DNA from: Cenococcum geophilum
Lineage: Eukaryota
Assembly: GCA_050273025.1 (NCBI GenBank)
Contig: CP158636.1
Span: forward strand, 1,798,001 to 1,862,000
DNA: 64,000 nucleotides
Direction of reading: 5' to 3'
In this document: piece after piece, positions 46,801-60,900 of the stretch
How positions within the stretch are numbered: the first letter of the stretch is position 1
How the letters are laid out: the number at the start of each line of letters is the position of its first letter
The notes under the pieces: generated by a model
The model's database searches: none
What the model was told of the DNA's origin: nothing
Seen by the model: the letters and a program-made list of their open reading frames with translations, nothing else
Made by a program: the position numbers and the translations under genes

Positions 46801-48925
46801 CGAGTGATTGCTGATCTGTGCGCGCTTACTAATCAGTATTCGTACTAACTTAATAGCACGAGTGAGTTAGATCTAGGGGCACGAAATACGTGTAGTATTG
46901 TATGCTCTTTTGGATAATAGTAACTGTTGATTATATAAAGCAGACTACGTAGTCTATATACTGATGCACCTCCCCCCTAATTAGTTAGTGCTTTATAAGT
47001 GCACCAGACGCGTAAGCGAGTGGTTGGTGCACTAAACGCGTAAACGCGTACCTAGTGTACCAAACGCGTAAGCACGCGTTTGGTACAACAGGTGCTGTAA
47101 TTATACAGTTATAAAAAGAGCTGCTTATAATATAATAATACCTTAAAAAGCACCTAAAGAAAGGATTTATTTGCCCTAGTTAATTACTATTCGCCTTACC
47201 TATATTATTTATTTAGAAACCTAAAAGAGGCTTAAGGTTCTATATTAATTATTAAGCCCTAAATATAATTACGATTTAAAACTAATATCTAATTCCTCTG
47301 CTTTAAGAAACGCTTAACTACTTAGTAAAAGTATAATACTTTATAAAGCTTAATATAGTCGCTGCCTTTAATTAAATCCGTGTTTATGAAGGAGATAAAA
47401 AGTATATAGCTTTCCGTATATAATAGGGACTTTTTAAATACCTAATAATACTATTTAGTGTAAAGAACGGTCCTAGTACGTTTTAGTAATACGTTAATAA
47501 TACACTTCGCGAATTCCTTAATATATTTATTACCGTATATATTAATAATATCTTAATTTATTTATCTTTACTTTCTAAGTATTAAAAGCACGTCTAAATA
47601 GTCCTTAAACGCCTGTAAGACGCGGGCTTATAATACGATATTAAGAAATATAAGTTCTATACGCCCGAAGTTACGTACTTAGGCCTAATTATATCCTGTA
47701 ATAGAATTAAAATAGACCCTAAGAAAATTGCTATAATTATAAACTAGGAAAGTCCTAGTAGTATATAAGATATTTAAGGATTTCTAGAATTTACAAATTT
47801 TTACCATTAATTTATTAATTACTTCTTAAAAACTATTTAGCTATTAGTAAACTTAATAAGGAAGAATATAAGATTTAAATGGACTACTAAATATAAATAA
47901 GCTTTTAACGACCTAAAATATCGTTTTATAACTATTCTAATTCTTACCTACTTTAATCTAGACCTTAAATATATTATTAAAACAGACTTGTCTAATTATA
48001 TACTAAGAGGAGTATTATTGTAATATAATAAGAACGGCGAGCTGCGCCTAGTAGCTTTTCTCTTTTAGAAACTTACCCTTACTAAATTAAACTATAAGAT
48101 ATATAATAAGGAACTACTTATAATTATTAAATGCTTTAAATAATGGCGTCTAGAACTTAAAGGATTATTATTTCTAATACGCGTATTAACAGACTATAAA
48201 AACCTATAGTACTTTATAACTATAAAGCAATTAATATAGCGCTAGATTTGTTAAGCCAAATACCTCTTATAATTTAACTTTAAGATTACGTACTAACCTA
48301 GCAAACTTAATTAGAAGCCTAACTTATTAATATAATAATTATAGGATTTACCTATAAACGCCTCTAATAAACGGATTATAAATTAATTACGAATTCTACT
48401 GCCCCCTAAACGCTTTAAGAAACTACGCCCTATATTTTTAGACGTGGAGCTTAATAGGAATAAATTAGAAATTAATAAGTGGGATATAAAAATTAATAAA
48501 TTAATAAAGCATAAATATAAGAATAACCCCTAGATAATAGATATAATAAAAGTAATTTAAATAGGAAAACGGTAATATAAGGATATTACACTTACTAAAT
48601 GCGAAATCCGTAATAATCGGTTGTACTATTAATAGAAGATAGTAGTCGTAAGCCTTATCTATTAGCATATCTAACATATAGAGGACTTCGTCTATTAGTA
48701 ACTGCCTTATATATATACCTAAAGTTATAAGGCTATTTTTTAAGCCTCTTTTACTACCCCTTATAGAGCCTTACTAACAGAAGTAGGAGGACGTTAAGGT
48801 ATCTGTATTATTAGTATACCTAAAATTTTATACTAATTAAGCCGGCCTAATAACTGCTAAAGTAGACCAGATTAAATAAGAAGTAGAATTTATCTAATTT
48901 TAAAGGTAGTGCTTAAAGGTAAAAG

Positions 48926-51900
48926 TGTAACGGAACCTTGTAGCAAGTACTACAGTAGGCTTATTAATAGGCTAGGTGTGTAGGTAATGTAAATTAAAGT
49001 CAATAACGTAATAATAACTAGTGGAGTGGTTGCCTAATAGATTAACTCTAATTATATTCTAAGAATTACTATAAGGAAGGAACTATCTAGGTAGGGATTA
49101 AGGGTCCTTAAATACACAACCGTACTCCTATAAAATCCTCCTTATACGTAATATACGCATTATATATACTATACGTACGTTCCCTTTATATATTGCGTAC
49201 ACTATATACAACGTTATATAACCTTAGCTACTATTCCTTATTATATAGCTTTATCGGTTCTATCCTAGACCGTACCTAAATTAACTAACTAGCTTCTTCC
49301 GACTCCTCTTTAAATAGTCGTAATATTATACTTAAAGCGTCCATAATACCATCTCCCTTCTCTTTATTTTTGTCCTTAAAGATTTCTAATATCTCTAAGT
49401 TGTTTATTAGAGGTATAATATTTATTTAATTTATTTAGTTAATATTATTACTTATTATACCTAAGGCTCCTTCCTCTTTATAGGCGCAACGTCGTGCTCA
49501 TACTATTACTGCAATATTATCTCTTGGTAAGATTATACTATCTCTATATTCTCGCTATTTAAAAAAGGGGTTAGTCTATATTGCGTTGGCGAACCTATCT
49601 TTACAATAACCGTCCTTTTACTTAGAGTGCACTGAAGCAAGTATTTATTTATTTTATAATATTTGCTTTATCTTTAATACTAAATATACGTAACCTATTA
49701 CTTTTAATAGTCGTCTAGTTCCCTAATTAATTTATCTTAGGGTTTTATATTTAATCTACTGCTATACGGCTAGATAGTAAACTGTCTTAAGCCCTTACTA
49801 AGTTAGAACGTTCTTATAATGTGGAGTAGAAGGCCCTAAAAGCCCATATCGCGATATCTACTTAGTTACTTTATCTTAAGAAGGTTTATAAGAAGGTTTA
49901 TTTTTAAAAAGTAGAAACTTATAAAATAGGGTTTATAAAAACTTAGTAATAAAAAAACGGATCCTCTTTTAGTTAAGAAGAAAATAAATCTAAGTAGTTC
50001 GGCAACTGCTCTTCTTAAGTCCCCCTTAGGTAACTTATTCTTTAGCGATTCTTCTTTATTAATACTGCCTAACCTAATCTCTTTTAATACTCCTATACCT
50101 TTCCTATAGCATTTTTTAGGTTCTTTAGTAGTTTTTAGGTAGTTTTATTATAGCCTATCTACTTTACCTTATACTATATTTTGTTATTAATGTTTTTATA
50201 GTTAATAATTCTTAAAACTTACTATTTATTTTCTTTTTATCCTCTATATGTGTCTACTTCGTAAACTAATAGCTTAATATTCCTATATATTAGCTTTAGC
50301 ATTATAATATGCTATATAGGGTAGATCTTTATTTTAGCTAGTAAGTTTAACTTAAACGTAACTAGTAAAATCCTTTACTTAATTTTAAAAGGTTCTAATC
50401 TAATATAGTCCAATTTCTTACTTAGTTATTAACTTTTAAAAATTTTATATAGTAGCTATACTTTATCTCCCTCCTTAAGATCTAGTCCCTTAGATCTCTT
50501 AGTATTATAGTATATTTTTTATTCTTTTCTATACTCTTTTTGCTAATTCTATAAGGTCTATATAAAGATTTATTAGTGTCTTTATTCTTTCTTTAACTAT
50601 ACTACTTATTTTCTTTGCTTACTATAGTAATAATAATATTCTTAGCTTATACCCATAATTTGCCTTAAATAGTAATATACCTATTCCTTCTTATAGTGTT
50701 ATATTATACGTAAACTATATAATTAGTAATAATAATACTGTTCGTACTAACTTAATAGCACGAGTGAGTTGTATCCACGGGCACGAAATACATGTAGTAT
50801 CGTATACTTGTTTAGATGGTAACTGTCAATTATATAAAGCAGACTACGTGGTCTATATACTAATGCACCTCCCCCCTAATTAGTTAGTGCTTTATAAGTG
50901 CACCAGACGCATAAGCAAGTGGTTGGTGCACTGAACGCGTAAACGCGTACCTGGTATACCAAACGCGTAAGCACGCGTTTGGTATAACAGGTGCTATAAT
51001 TATACACTAGCAGTACTTAAAAAATGAAACCACCTATATACAGCCTCCGTAATTGCTTTAATAAAACCATAGAACATAAAGGAAAATATATAGGATATCT
51101 CCCCTAAGGTGCCGTCTAGGCTGCCTTCCAAACGGTACCTTAAGCTAGCCGTAAGTCCTGCTTATAGTCTATAAAATAAACCATACGGCCTTTTAACGGG
51201 CAGTAGATAAGCTATAAGTTAGATTTTAAGGGCCGCTAAAGCGCTAGTACTAAGTAAGCTAATAGTGATTTTCCATGCCCAGTATAGAAAATCGTAATTA
51301 GTTAATTTAACCACTATAGCAGAATATAGTAGAATTTAGCAGGTTACGTAAGTCCACTAAGTTCTATTATAGCTTTCTACCGTTTTTCTACCTAATAGCT
51401 TACGGTCCGTAGGATAGGCCGTATAATAAGCTATACGGCCTTTTAACGGGCCGTAGGCGTACCATAGGTACTCTGTTAGTCCCGTTCTACCCATTTTATA
51501 ACTTTTAGGTTAAGCTTATTCGTATTAATTAAGGTTTTAAGGGCTTAATACGGCTTTGCCTTAGTTATAGCGTCCGCTAGGTTATCTCCGCTACTAATCT
51601 ATTTAACCTTTATAATCTTACGTCGTTTATAAACCTAATATAAGCATATTAGGTCGACTATAAGCCTCTTCTTTTATATCATACCTAGTTTAACTAGGTA
51701 GTTATAAAGGGACTTTAAATTAGTGCATAAAACTAGGGGTAACTACTCTAGTTATAGAATCTTCTGGACCGTTAATTTAATTGCGGCTGCTATATTAAAT
51801 CTATAAGCTAGTGTATATAGTTTAGAAGCTAGTATACTACGGGTTACTTATTTACACTTAATTAAAGACCAGTGCAGTATATTTACGTCCTAATTACGGT

Positions 51901-54900
51901 CCGTAAGTACAATTATAAAGCCAATTTATAATAATAGGTCTTTATTATTGGCAAAGGAGGCATTTATAAATGCTAGTAAGCTAAGGGAACTTAGGTTTAA
52001 TAGTACAAAAGTAAGTCCCCTTACTACATTATTAATTTGCTACTAAATGCGCTTATTAAGCTGCTTAATATTTTCTTCTTACGGATCTACTGCCTAGGCC
52101 GTAAAGGATAAGTTATAGGCAGATTTGGGTTGGCAAACTATAGCAATATAGGCGCCTCTTACACGCTATATAGCGTATTAGTCCTTTATATTTACGGTCT
52201 TATAGGTCTCTTTACGGGAACTAGTAAGGTCCGTAGGCTTTACTATAATAAGCTTTAGGTTTTAAGCTTAGCGTTCCTAGGTTAGCTAGATTAAGTTGCC
52301 CTTTTATATAATTAAGCCTCTATTAAACTTAATTAGAGTCTACTTAGTTAACTGCTCTTACGGCTTTACTAGGAACTTAGCTTCTTATAGTTTAGTCTCT
52401 TTAGCGTCCACAAATGTCCAGTTTACTAAAAAGAGGGTATTATCTGTTTAGAGTTTAATAATACTAAGGCCGTTTAATGGGCTATATAGGAGGTAGGGGT
52501 TATAGGTCAACTGTTCCATTTTAAGTTTACTAACGTAGTGCTAGTAGTATATCTTAAACTAATAGTTTCCGGCTTCTAGTACTCCGTAAAGAGGTTTTAT
52601 AACCCATAAAATTATTCCTAGTTATAGGTTAAGCTTATAGAGTAGTTGTATAAAGATATCCCTACTTAGGTAGGTATTAGACTGCACGTAGGCTTATAAG
52701 ATATCCCGTAAGTAAAGGGCTACGGATTTGGTTTGCTATAGTCTAGGCATAAGTATAAGTATAATCCATTAACTGACCCGTTAAATTGTAGGCGATTATA
52801 TAAGAACTAGGTCCTTTCCCTAGTTATTATAAGCTTATATAATAAGCCTTAATTTCTTAAAGGCTTTATTAGTATTAGGGTGCTTAATCTCATTAATAAA
52901 GCGTAAGTTAAATATACGGACGCCTTACGGAACGTCTCTTTCCGTTATAATTATAAAGACACCCTTTTTAAGTAGTCCGTTAATCTCTTTACGCCATAAG
53001 TCCGTAAAAGGGGTTTCCTATACTAGAACTAATATATCCGTAGGCAGAGATTGCCTTACAGATATTCCTATAAAGGTTAGGTAATTCTCTATTACGGGGT
53101 TTTTAGTTATAGGGTGCTTTCGGGGGCGTCCTTAACTACGCTTTATAGTAGGTTTAGTAGGTTTAGTGGGGTTTTAGGGGACTTCTAGGGTAGGTAAGGG
53201 TGCTTCTAGTTTATCTAATTCGGCAGTCGCTTCTAGTTTGTCTAGTTTGGCGGTTACTTCTAGTTCGTCTAGCTTAACATCATAGGTGGTTTCGGGCCAA
53301 AAGTAGGGTTTTACGGACGTGCTTCTAAAGCTAGTTGGCCTACTAGGAAGCTATACGCAGCACGTCTCGTTTTCTACGGCTAGTAGACAATAGGGTCTAT
53401 TCTAGCTACCGCTTTTACGCTATATAAGGACTTTAGAGTTAAGCGGGAGGTTATATACTAAGGTTGTATTAGGTCCGTTACGGTAGTATAAGGCGTTATT
53501 AATAGTTTGTTTAGCCTATAGCTTAACTATCTCAGCCATCGCCTTCCATATTATAGCTGCTTGTTCTGTAATAGATAGGGCAGGAGGGCCTAGGTTGCTT
53601 ATCCTTAGGTAGGCTCCGTAAACTAAAAAAGTAGGTATTAATCCGTTAGGGCTAGCGGTGTTATTAATAGCTTTTACGGCTATCTATAGAGCTAGTTCCT
53701 TTTAAATGTCCTTATATTCGTCTATAATAATCTAGTAAGCTCTCTATAAGGCTAGGTAAGCTCGCTTAATAAGCCCAACGGACTAATATGCCTTAATTAG
53801 GACAGCTTTTGTTAATATAGCTATGGCCGTAGTATACTACTAGAATTCCTTACTAATAAAGTTCCTACTAGCGTTATAGGTAATATACTTAAGGGGTCTA
53901 ACGTATGTATTAATCTAGTAGGTCCGTAAAATATCCCAAGTATATTTTATAGATATATTTTGCAACTAACGGTCGGCTTAATAATAGGTTGCCTTGTCAA
54001 TTATATATAATACTAGGTTGCCGTTAATATACATAATGTCTATATACACTAAGTAGTTGAAGTTAAGGTCCTTATAAAGGGTAAACTTAAATCAGCCTAG
54101 GGAACGTCCGTATTTCTAGCAAAAAGAGCAGTATTTAGTTAGGTGGTTAATTACCTTCCTATTAACGTCGTTATATCTAAAGCGTTTAAGGACTCTATAT
54201 AGCTTTTCGGCTAATAGGTAGCCAAAGCGGCGGTACAGGCAGTAGATTTCTATACTAGTAAGGTAGTACGGGTTATAGTTAAAAGATTCCTGGATATAGG
54301 TCTGTAAGGTCTCTCCCTATATAAGGAATAGGTGTCTAAATCGTTATATAATTAGTAAGGTAATATATTTACTTTTTAGGGTAGTTACGGGACTAATTAG
54401 GGTGTCCGTAATATTGTTATAGTATACCTATAACCTATCCATATCTATAAGATAGAGTAAAAAGGGGGTGTCCGCTTTTACTACGTAGAAGTTAACTAGG
54501 CTAATTAGAGTCTTAACTTTAACTAATCCAATTAATGCGGTTAAGCTAATACCGAATTAGACGTTTACGGCCCTAGTTTATATAATATTAATATCCGTAT
54601 TATTATTCATAGTGGTCCTATATACGAGGTATTGTCTATAGCCTGCGGTAGACTTCTTAGAGGTACCTATATCAATTATAACACCGTAGAATTCCTTAGG
54701 GGTGTAGCGCTCTGTAGTAATATATGCAAATAGGTCCTGCTTATAATCTATAATATTTATAACGGGGGTACTTATAGAATAGTTTTTGGGCGTAACTAAG
54801 TGTATAAAGAAACGGTTGGCTAATACGGTCGTAATATTAAAGGCTTAGCTATCCGTAAAAGGTCTAAAAGTAGTTAGGAATATCTCTAAGGTCTCTTATT

Positions 54901-57900
54901 CCTAAGCGTCTAAGTTAAAGTTAATTATAAGGGCTTCTATTAACTTATTAGGGGGCTCTTCTACTTCCTTTCCTTCGTATTCTAAAATAAACTGGCTAAT
55001 ACGGCTACTAAGTCTCTTTCTAGACTTATTACGTTCTTCCTAGGTATACCTTATAGACCAATATCCTTTCTTACCGCACACAAAGCACTTCTGGCTAGTT
55101 TATCTGCGGGGGTATATTTTCATATAGGAGTTATTATAGGGGTTATAGGTAGGGCCTAGTCGATGTAGGTACTGCTAGCGGTAGCAGTAGTCCGTAAAGT
55201 AGACGTCTAAGTCTATTTACAGATATTAAATATCCGTAATAAAGGCTTAAGTGCTGCCTAGTGGGTTTAAGACTTTATACATTATAATAAAGGAGCGTAG
55301 ATCATTAATAAGGCCAGCTAAGGTATCTGTAGGCTTATAATAGGCGTATTTATAGGGCTCTACTTCCTAGCAGGCCGTGATAAGTTTGTTATATAGGAAG
55401 TCGTCTATTTAAAGCTTAGCGTTAAGGCCGTACTATAGGTGCCGGAGGTCTTTAATAAGAATTTGCAGGCACTCTATAGTTGATTTTTTAGTATTCTTGT
55501 TAATTACGGTCTATAGCTTAGTTGCATTCCATTAGGTAAGGATATTACGCTTATATTTTAGTCCTTTAAAGTAGTTATAGGTAGCTTTATATAGCTTATT
55601 AAAGGGAACACCAAGGGGGTTGCTCTTAAGGTTAGTATAGTAGTGGTTAAGTGCTAGGCCGCGCAGTATAGTAGAGTAGGCTTGGCTAAATTCCTATTTA
55701 GGAATATCAGCCTTCTGGTAGAGGTCCGTAAAGATAGTTAGTTTAAAGTTAAAGTTATCATTTTTACCGCTATACTTAGATTCGTCGGTATAGAGCTTAG
55801 CTAGGTTAGCTAGCTCCTTGCCGTAGGTCTTTACTTAGGTAGGTTACGGATCTATAACTTGCAAATATATAGCTTGCGGATATATAGTTTGCGGATATGT
55901 GGCTTGTAGATCTATGACTTAAACAACGGAAGGGGTTTGGTCCGTATTTTAGGTTGCGGGGGTATTACGGTCCATAGCTTAAGTACTAGGTATACTTTAG
56001 CCAGTAAGATCAATTCTAAGACTACTTAGGTTTATAGGACGAATTTAGTTAAGTAGGTTAGGTATAAGGCCGGCGATCCTATTAAGTTTAGAAAAAGTAA
56101 AGAGTTCTTTAGTGGTTTTAACCTAGTCCAGGATTTCCTTTTTAGTCCATTCTGTTTAGTCTTTCTTATATATTATATTGTATAAAGGCTATATAATAGT
56201 AACTCGTTTATCCCTTTTAACCCATATACCTTAGTTACGTAAAAGGGTTTGTAGTTTACAAATAGTAACAAGGTTGTAGGCCTTAAAAATAGCCTCCGTA
56301 AAGTCCGCAAAGTCTTCCTAGTATTACTCCTACAGGTCGTCATTTATAAGCTTAAAGTGTTTGTATTTAAGGATTTTAAAACTAATATAGTCGTTAACGT
56401 TGTTTATAGACGTAACGTTAACTCCTTATCTCCACTTCTTTTAACCTTTACTAACTTGCTTACTAATGTCTGCCATACTATATAGTATATGGCGGGTAGA
56501 AGAGGTCTTATAGTGGTCCGTAAAGGCGATTAACAGTTCCGTAAAAGTAATTGGTAGGTCCATAGTGGTTTATAGGAGGATAAGGGGTTCTATAAAGGTC
56601 TATATTTGCGTCTATAACTTCTAGTAAACCGTACTAAGACTTAAATAAGTATATAGAGTTAGTAACAGTCCGTAATCCCCAACTTCCGACCTTCTAGTAG
56701 GTCGTACTAGGAGTCTAAACGGGTAGTCACTATCGAGTATCGCTTGGGGGGAGGTATTAAGTGATTGCTAATCTGTACGTGCTCACTGATTAGTGTTCGT
56801 ACTAACTTAATAGCACGAGTAAGTCGTATCCACGGGCACGAAATACATGTAGTATTGTATACTTGTTTAGATGGTAACTGTCGATTATATAAAGCAGACT
56901 ACGTGGTCTATATACTGATGCACCTCCCCCCTAATTAGTTAGTGCTTTATAAGTGCACCAGACGCGTAAGCGAGTAGTTAGTACACTAAACGCGTAAACG
57001 CGTACCTGGTGTACCGAACGCGTAAGCACGCGTTTGGTATAATAGGTGCTGTAATTATACAAATACCTAATTATTTTATGCGTAATTAATATAATATCTT
57101 AGATACTGTTTTAGTGTCTAATTTAGTTTTTCTATTTAACTATTTATCTGCGGATAATATACGGTAGAAGTTACTACTCTAACTCCTTATTCTACTAAAA
57201 ATACCTCCTAAAATACTACTATAAATCTTAGATCTCTATCCAATATAATCTTACTTAGTGCTCTATATATTATAAATACTTCTTTAATATAGATTCTAGC
57301 AATATTTTCTGCTGATATTTTTTCTGTATATGCTATAATATATCCCTACTTTATAATCTTATCTACTATTACTAAGATTATATTATAATCTTATCCTATA
57401 ATAGGGTCTTTTAATTTTAGTAACTTTATAATAAAGTCCTATAATATAACCTCCTATAGTCTCTTTAGTATTTTAATAGGTTGTAGCCCTCCGTACGGCT
57501 TATGCCTTATTAGTTTATTTCTTTAGCAATCTAGATATTCTTTTATAACTTTCCGTACTAAGCCCTAGATTCTATTAATAATATACTCCTCTTAAAGTCT
57601 TAACACTAAGCCTATAGCTCTATTATATCCTTAAGTTATTCCCTTATAGAAGTCTTTTATAAAGTATTCTGTTATGCTTCTTAGGATATACTTTACCTCT
57701 CTATATTTGTATAATATTTCTTCTCTTAGATATTCTAACTGTTTTTCTAGCTGTACTTTAAAGATCCTTTATACCTAAAAGCTTTCTAGTAACTTATAAC
57801 CCCTCTTTAGTTTCTCTTAAGTTGCTATAATCTTTAGATAATTATACCTAATTAGTTTATCTATATCTTTTCATAGTAAAGCCCCTAATAGCTTTTTATT

Positions 57901-60900
57901 ATTTTATAGTTTAGCCTTTTAACTTAAAGCGTTAGCTTATATATTATCTATACCCTTAGTATACTAAATCTTAAAATAGTATTCTATAAGCATCTCTGCC
58001 TATCTAACCTATTTTTAGTTAAGTTCCTTTATTGTTAGGAACCCTATTAGGTTTTTATAATTTATCTTAACTATAAATAGTTTCTCTATACCTTATAAGA
58101 ATGCTCTCTATTTCTTTAATACTATAACTATACCTAGCAACTCCTTATTATAGATATTATAGTTTAACGCTAATAGTATTATCTTCCAACTATAATATGC
58201 TATTAGGTGCTATCTATTTTAATATTTCTATATAAAGTACGCCCCTAGTATATAGTCTAATGCATTTATTTTTATAACCGTCTCTAGTCCTAGTTAATAG
58301 ATCTTAAGAACTGGCTCCTAGGTAAATAACTCTTTAACTTTTTTAAACAATTTTTACTATTCCTCTCCCTATACCTATAGTTCTTTTTTCTTTATTAGTT
58401 ATGTAAATAGTTTAATATTCTTTAACTATTGCGCTATAAACCTTCTATAGTAATTGCAAACCCTTAAAAACAATTTTAATTACATAATATTCTCTAGTTT
58501 TTACTAATTTACTATAGCCTTAATCTTTTTTAAATCTATATTAAGTTGGCTTAGTTTAATAATAAATCTAATAAAATCGGTCTTCCTAGTAAAGAACTCG
58601 TATTTCTTAATTGCTACTAGTATCTATTCTTCTTATAGTCTCTTTAAGACCTATTTAACGTATTCTCCGTATTCTTCCTTAGTAATTAAGTAAATAATAA
58701 TAATATTAAAGTATACTATAACAAATTTATCTAAGTATTCTTTTAATATATTATTAATTCGCTTCTAGAATATTACTAGTGCGTTTATAAGCCCGAATTA
58801 TATAACTAATAGTTTATATAGTCCTTCCTTTAATCTAAAGGCTGCTTTCTATCCGTCGCCTTCCTTAATTCTAATCTAATGGTACGCCTATCTTAGATTT
58901 GTTTTTGTAAAGATTTATATATTATCTATTCTATTTTAGATTTCGCTAATTAAGGGTAAAGGATATCTATCCTTCCTAGTAATGCTGTTTAACTATCTAT
59001 AGTTAATATATAGCCTTAGTTTGCTGTTCTTCTTTAGTATAAATAGTACTAGATAACCTACTAATAACTATAATAGTCTAATATATCCTTTTTATAAGTT
59101 TTCTTAGACAAACTCTTTTAATACTCTACCCTCTTCTTTAGTAAGCTTATAGATTAGAAAGAACTTTAGACTTATTTCTAGTTCTAATTCTATTTTATAA
59201 TCCTATGCTATATACTTTAACAGCTTCTTACTTTCTAGTAACTATAGTTTCTTATTATACTTATAATATATCTTTAGTATATAGCTTAACCCTTTTTCCG
59301 TTTCTTTATAGGTCGCCCCTACTTAGTACTATACTATCTTAGCTTATTATTATATCCTACGTTATTAAGTATCTTTAATATTAACCTAGCCTGTAATCTA
59401 ATTAATCTTTAAATTATATTCCTATAACTAAGGTATTCCTAATACTGCCTTATTATTTCCTAATAGTAATATATTAAAAGACATCTTAATTTGTCTTCCT
59501 TTAATGGTTAACTAAATAGGTTCTATTTTAAGATTAATAACACCTCCTCCGTAGGCTATTAAATCTCCTAAAATTATTACTAATAGGTAAAAATACTTCT
59601 TTTTCCTATATAGTAACCCTATTCTTTTAACTGCTGCTAGTAATATATAGTTCCTTATTACTTTACTATTTATTAATACTTTGAACTACTAATCTTACCA
59701 CTTAACTTATAAATTTAGGTATTGTCCTTAAATTCCTTTAAGGGTTTAAGGCTCTACTACTAGTTCCCTTTAGTCCTATAGGCCTTTACTTTTCCTAACT
59801 ATTAGCTGCTTAATTTTATTTATACTTAGTCCTCTTTTAGCCAATACTTAGTTTACTTTTTATTTTTAATATACTATAGATATATATTTTCTAGGTATTC
59901 CCACTACTATTGTTTATCTAGGTATTCTTCCGTAAGGAATCTTCCTAGTTAAAGTATTAAGTCCCCTTAGCTTTATACTTCTGTTAGGTGCCAACTATAT
60001 ATATACTTAGCGTTTCTATATTTCGCCTTATCCGGTACCTAATATATCCTTATTAGGTACTTCCGGTTCTTATCTTTAGGTACTTTATATATATTATACG
60101 CATTATCTATATATATAATCTATACTAATATATAATATGCTTAGTGTTTTAGGATAACTCTTAGCTTATTTTTATTTTAAGTTTAAACCTATCTTATATT
60201 AATCTAAGTATTACAACTTCATTTATAGGTACTAAGATTTGCTTTTCGCTTCTCTAGTCCTTTAATTACTCTTTTAAATCTTTTAATATTATAATTAAGG
60301 CTCCTTTAATATAACTTATAGCCTTTTCTATAATTAGGTGGTCCTAGATAACTTTTTTTATCTAACTATATATAGAAATCTTCCTACTCGTCGTTATATC
60401 GCCGTCTATACCACTTTTAATATAACCCTTTAAGTATATACAGCTCGTCTATAAGGAAGTATCTCTTTATTATTATATCGTGACAGCCCTTTATATGTCG
60501 TTCCGCGAACCTAGTTAAAATCCCTAAATCCTCTTTTTGTTTTAGTTTAGTAAGCCACTTAGCTTTTAGTGTGTCTACTTTAGGCCTATTAGTAATTCTT
60601 TATATAGGTGCTCTATCCCTTATATAACCTAGTATGCTAAACCTTTTATTTAGTTTCTAGTCTTGCTATAAGGTAATTCTTGCTCTAAATTCCTCTATAG
60701 TTTTTTTTTATATCTTACGAGTGGATCCTTAAAGTCTTCCTACTTTTTAATCTTATTAATAGTCCTTATTTATGTTTCGAAATCTTAGTTTTATAGGATT
60801 CTTAATCCTAAGCTTACTTCTATTTTAAGCTTTACTCCTACCTTAGTCTAACTAGGCTTAGGTATTTTTATCTTATCTTAAGAGTTTTATACCTATAGGA

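Larger units (their letters stand above)
39668..47107 (-). mobile_element. Ty1/Copia element C1, RIP-inactivated; 271-bp LTRs 39668-39938 and 46837-47107; TSD GTTAT; hosts element D
   Basis: Paired LTRs, with GTTAT at 39663-39667 and 47108-47112. Minus-strand order is gag (~45000-43600), PR, IN (HHRFG, AVNNTASPNGLVPTLLV), RT, RH (NPVDAMTK relic ~40190), which is the Copia order. Confidence 0.93.
37321..48647 (+). mobile_element. Gypsy A2 (same LTR family as A1, opposite orientation): 5' LTR 37321-37623, gag, PR, RT, RH; truncated before integrase; hosts Copia C1
   Basis: TGTAACGGGACTAGCC...CGCGCCCTTA(C/T)A LTR. Gag PDPxxFDG relic ~37980, knuckle ~38650, VYIDDILIY relic ~47535, RNase H ~47980-48250. 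RT continues across C1 via the GTTAT duplication. Confidence 0.85.
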
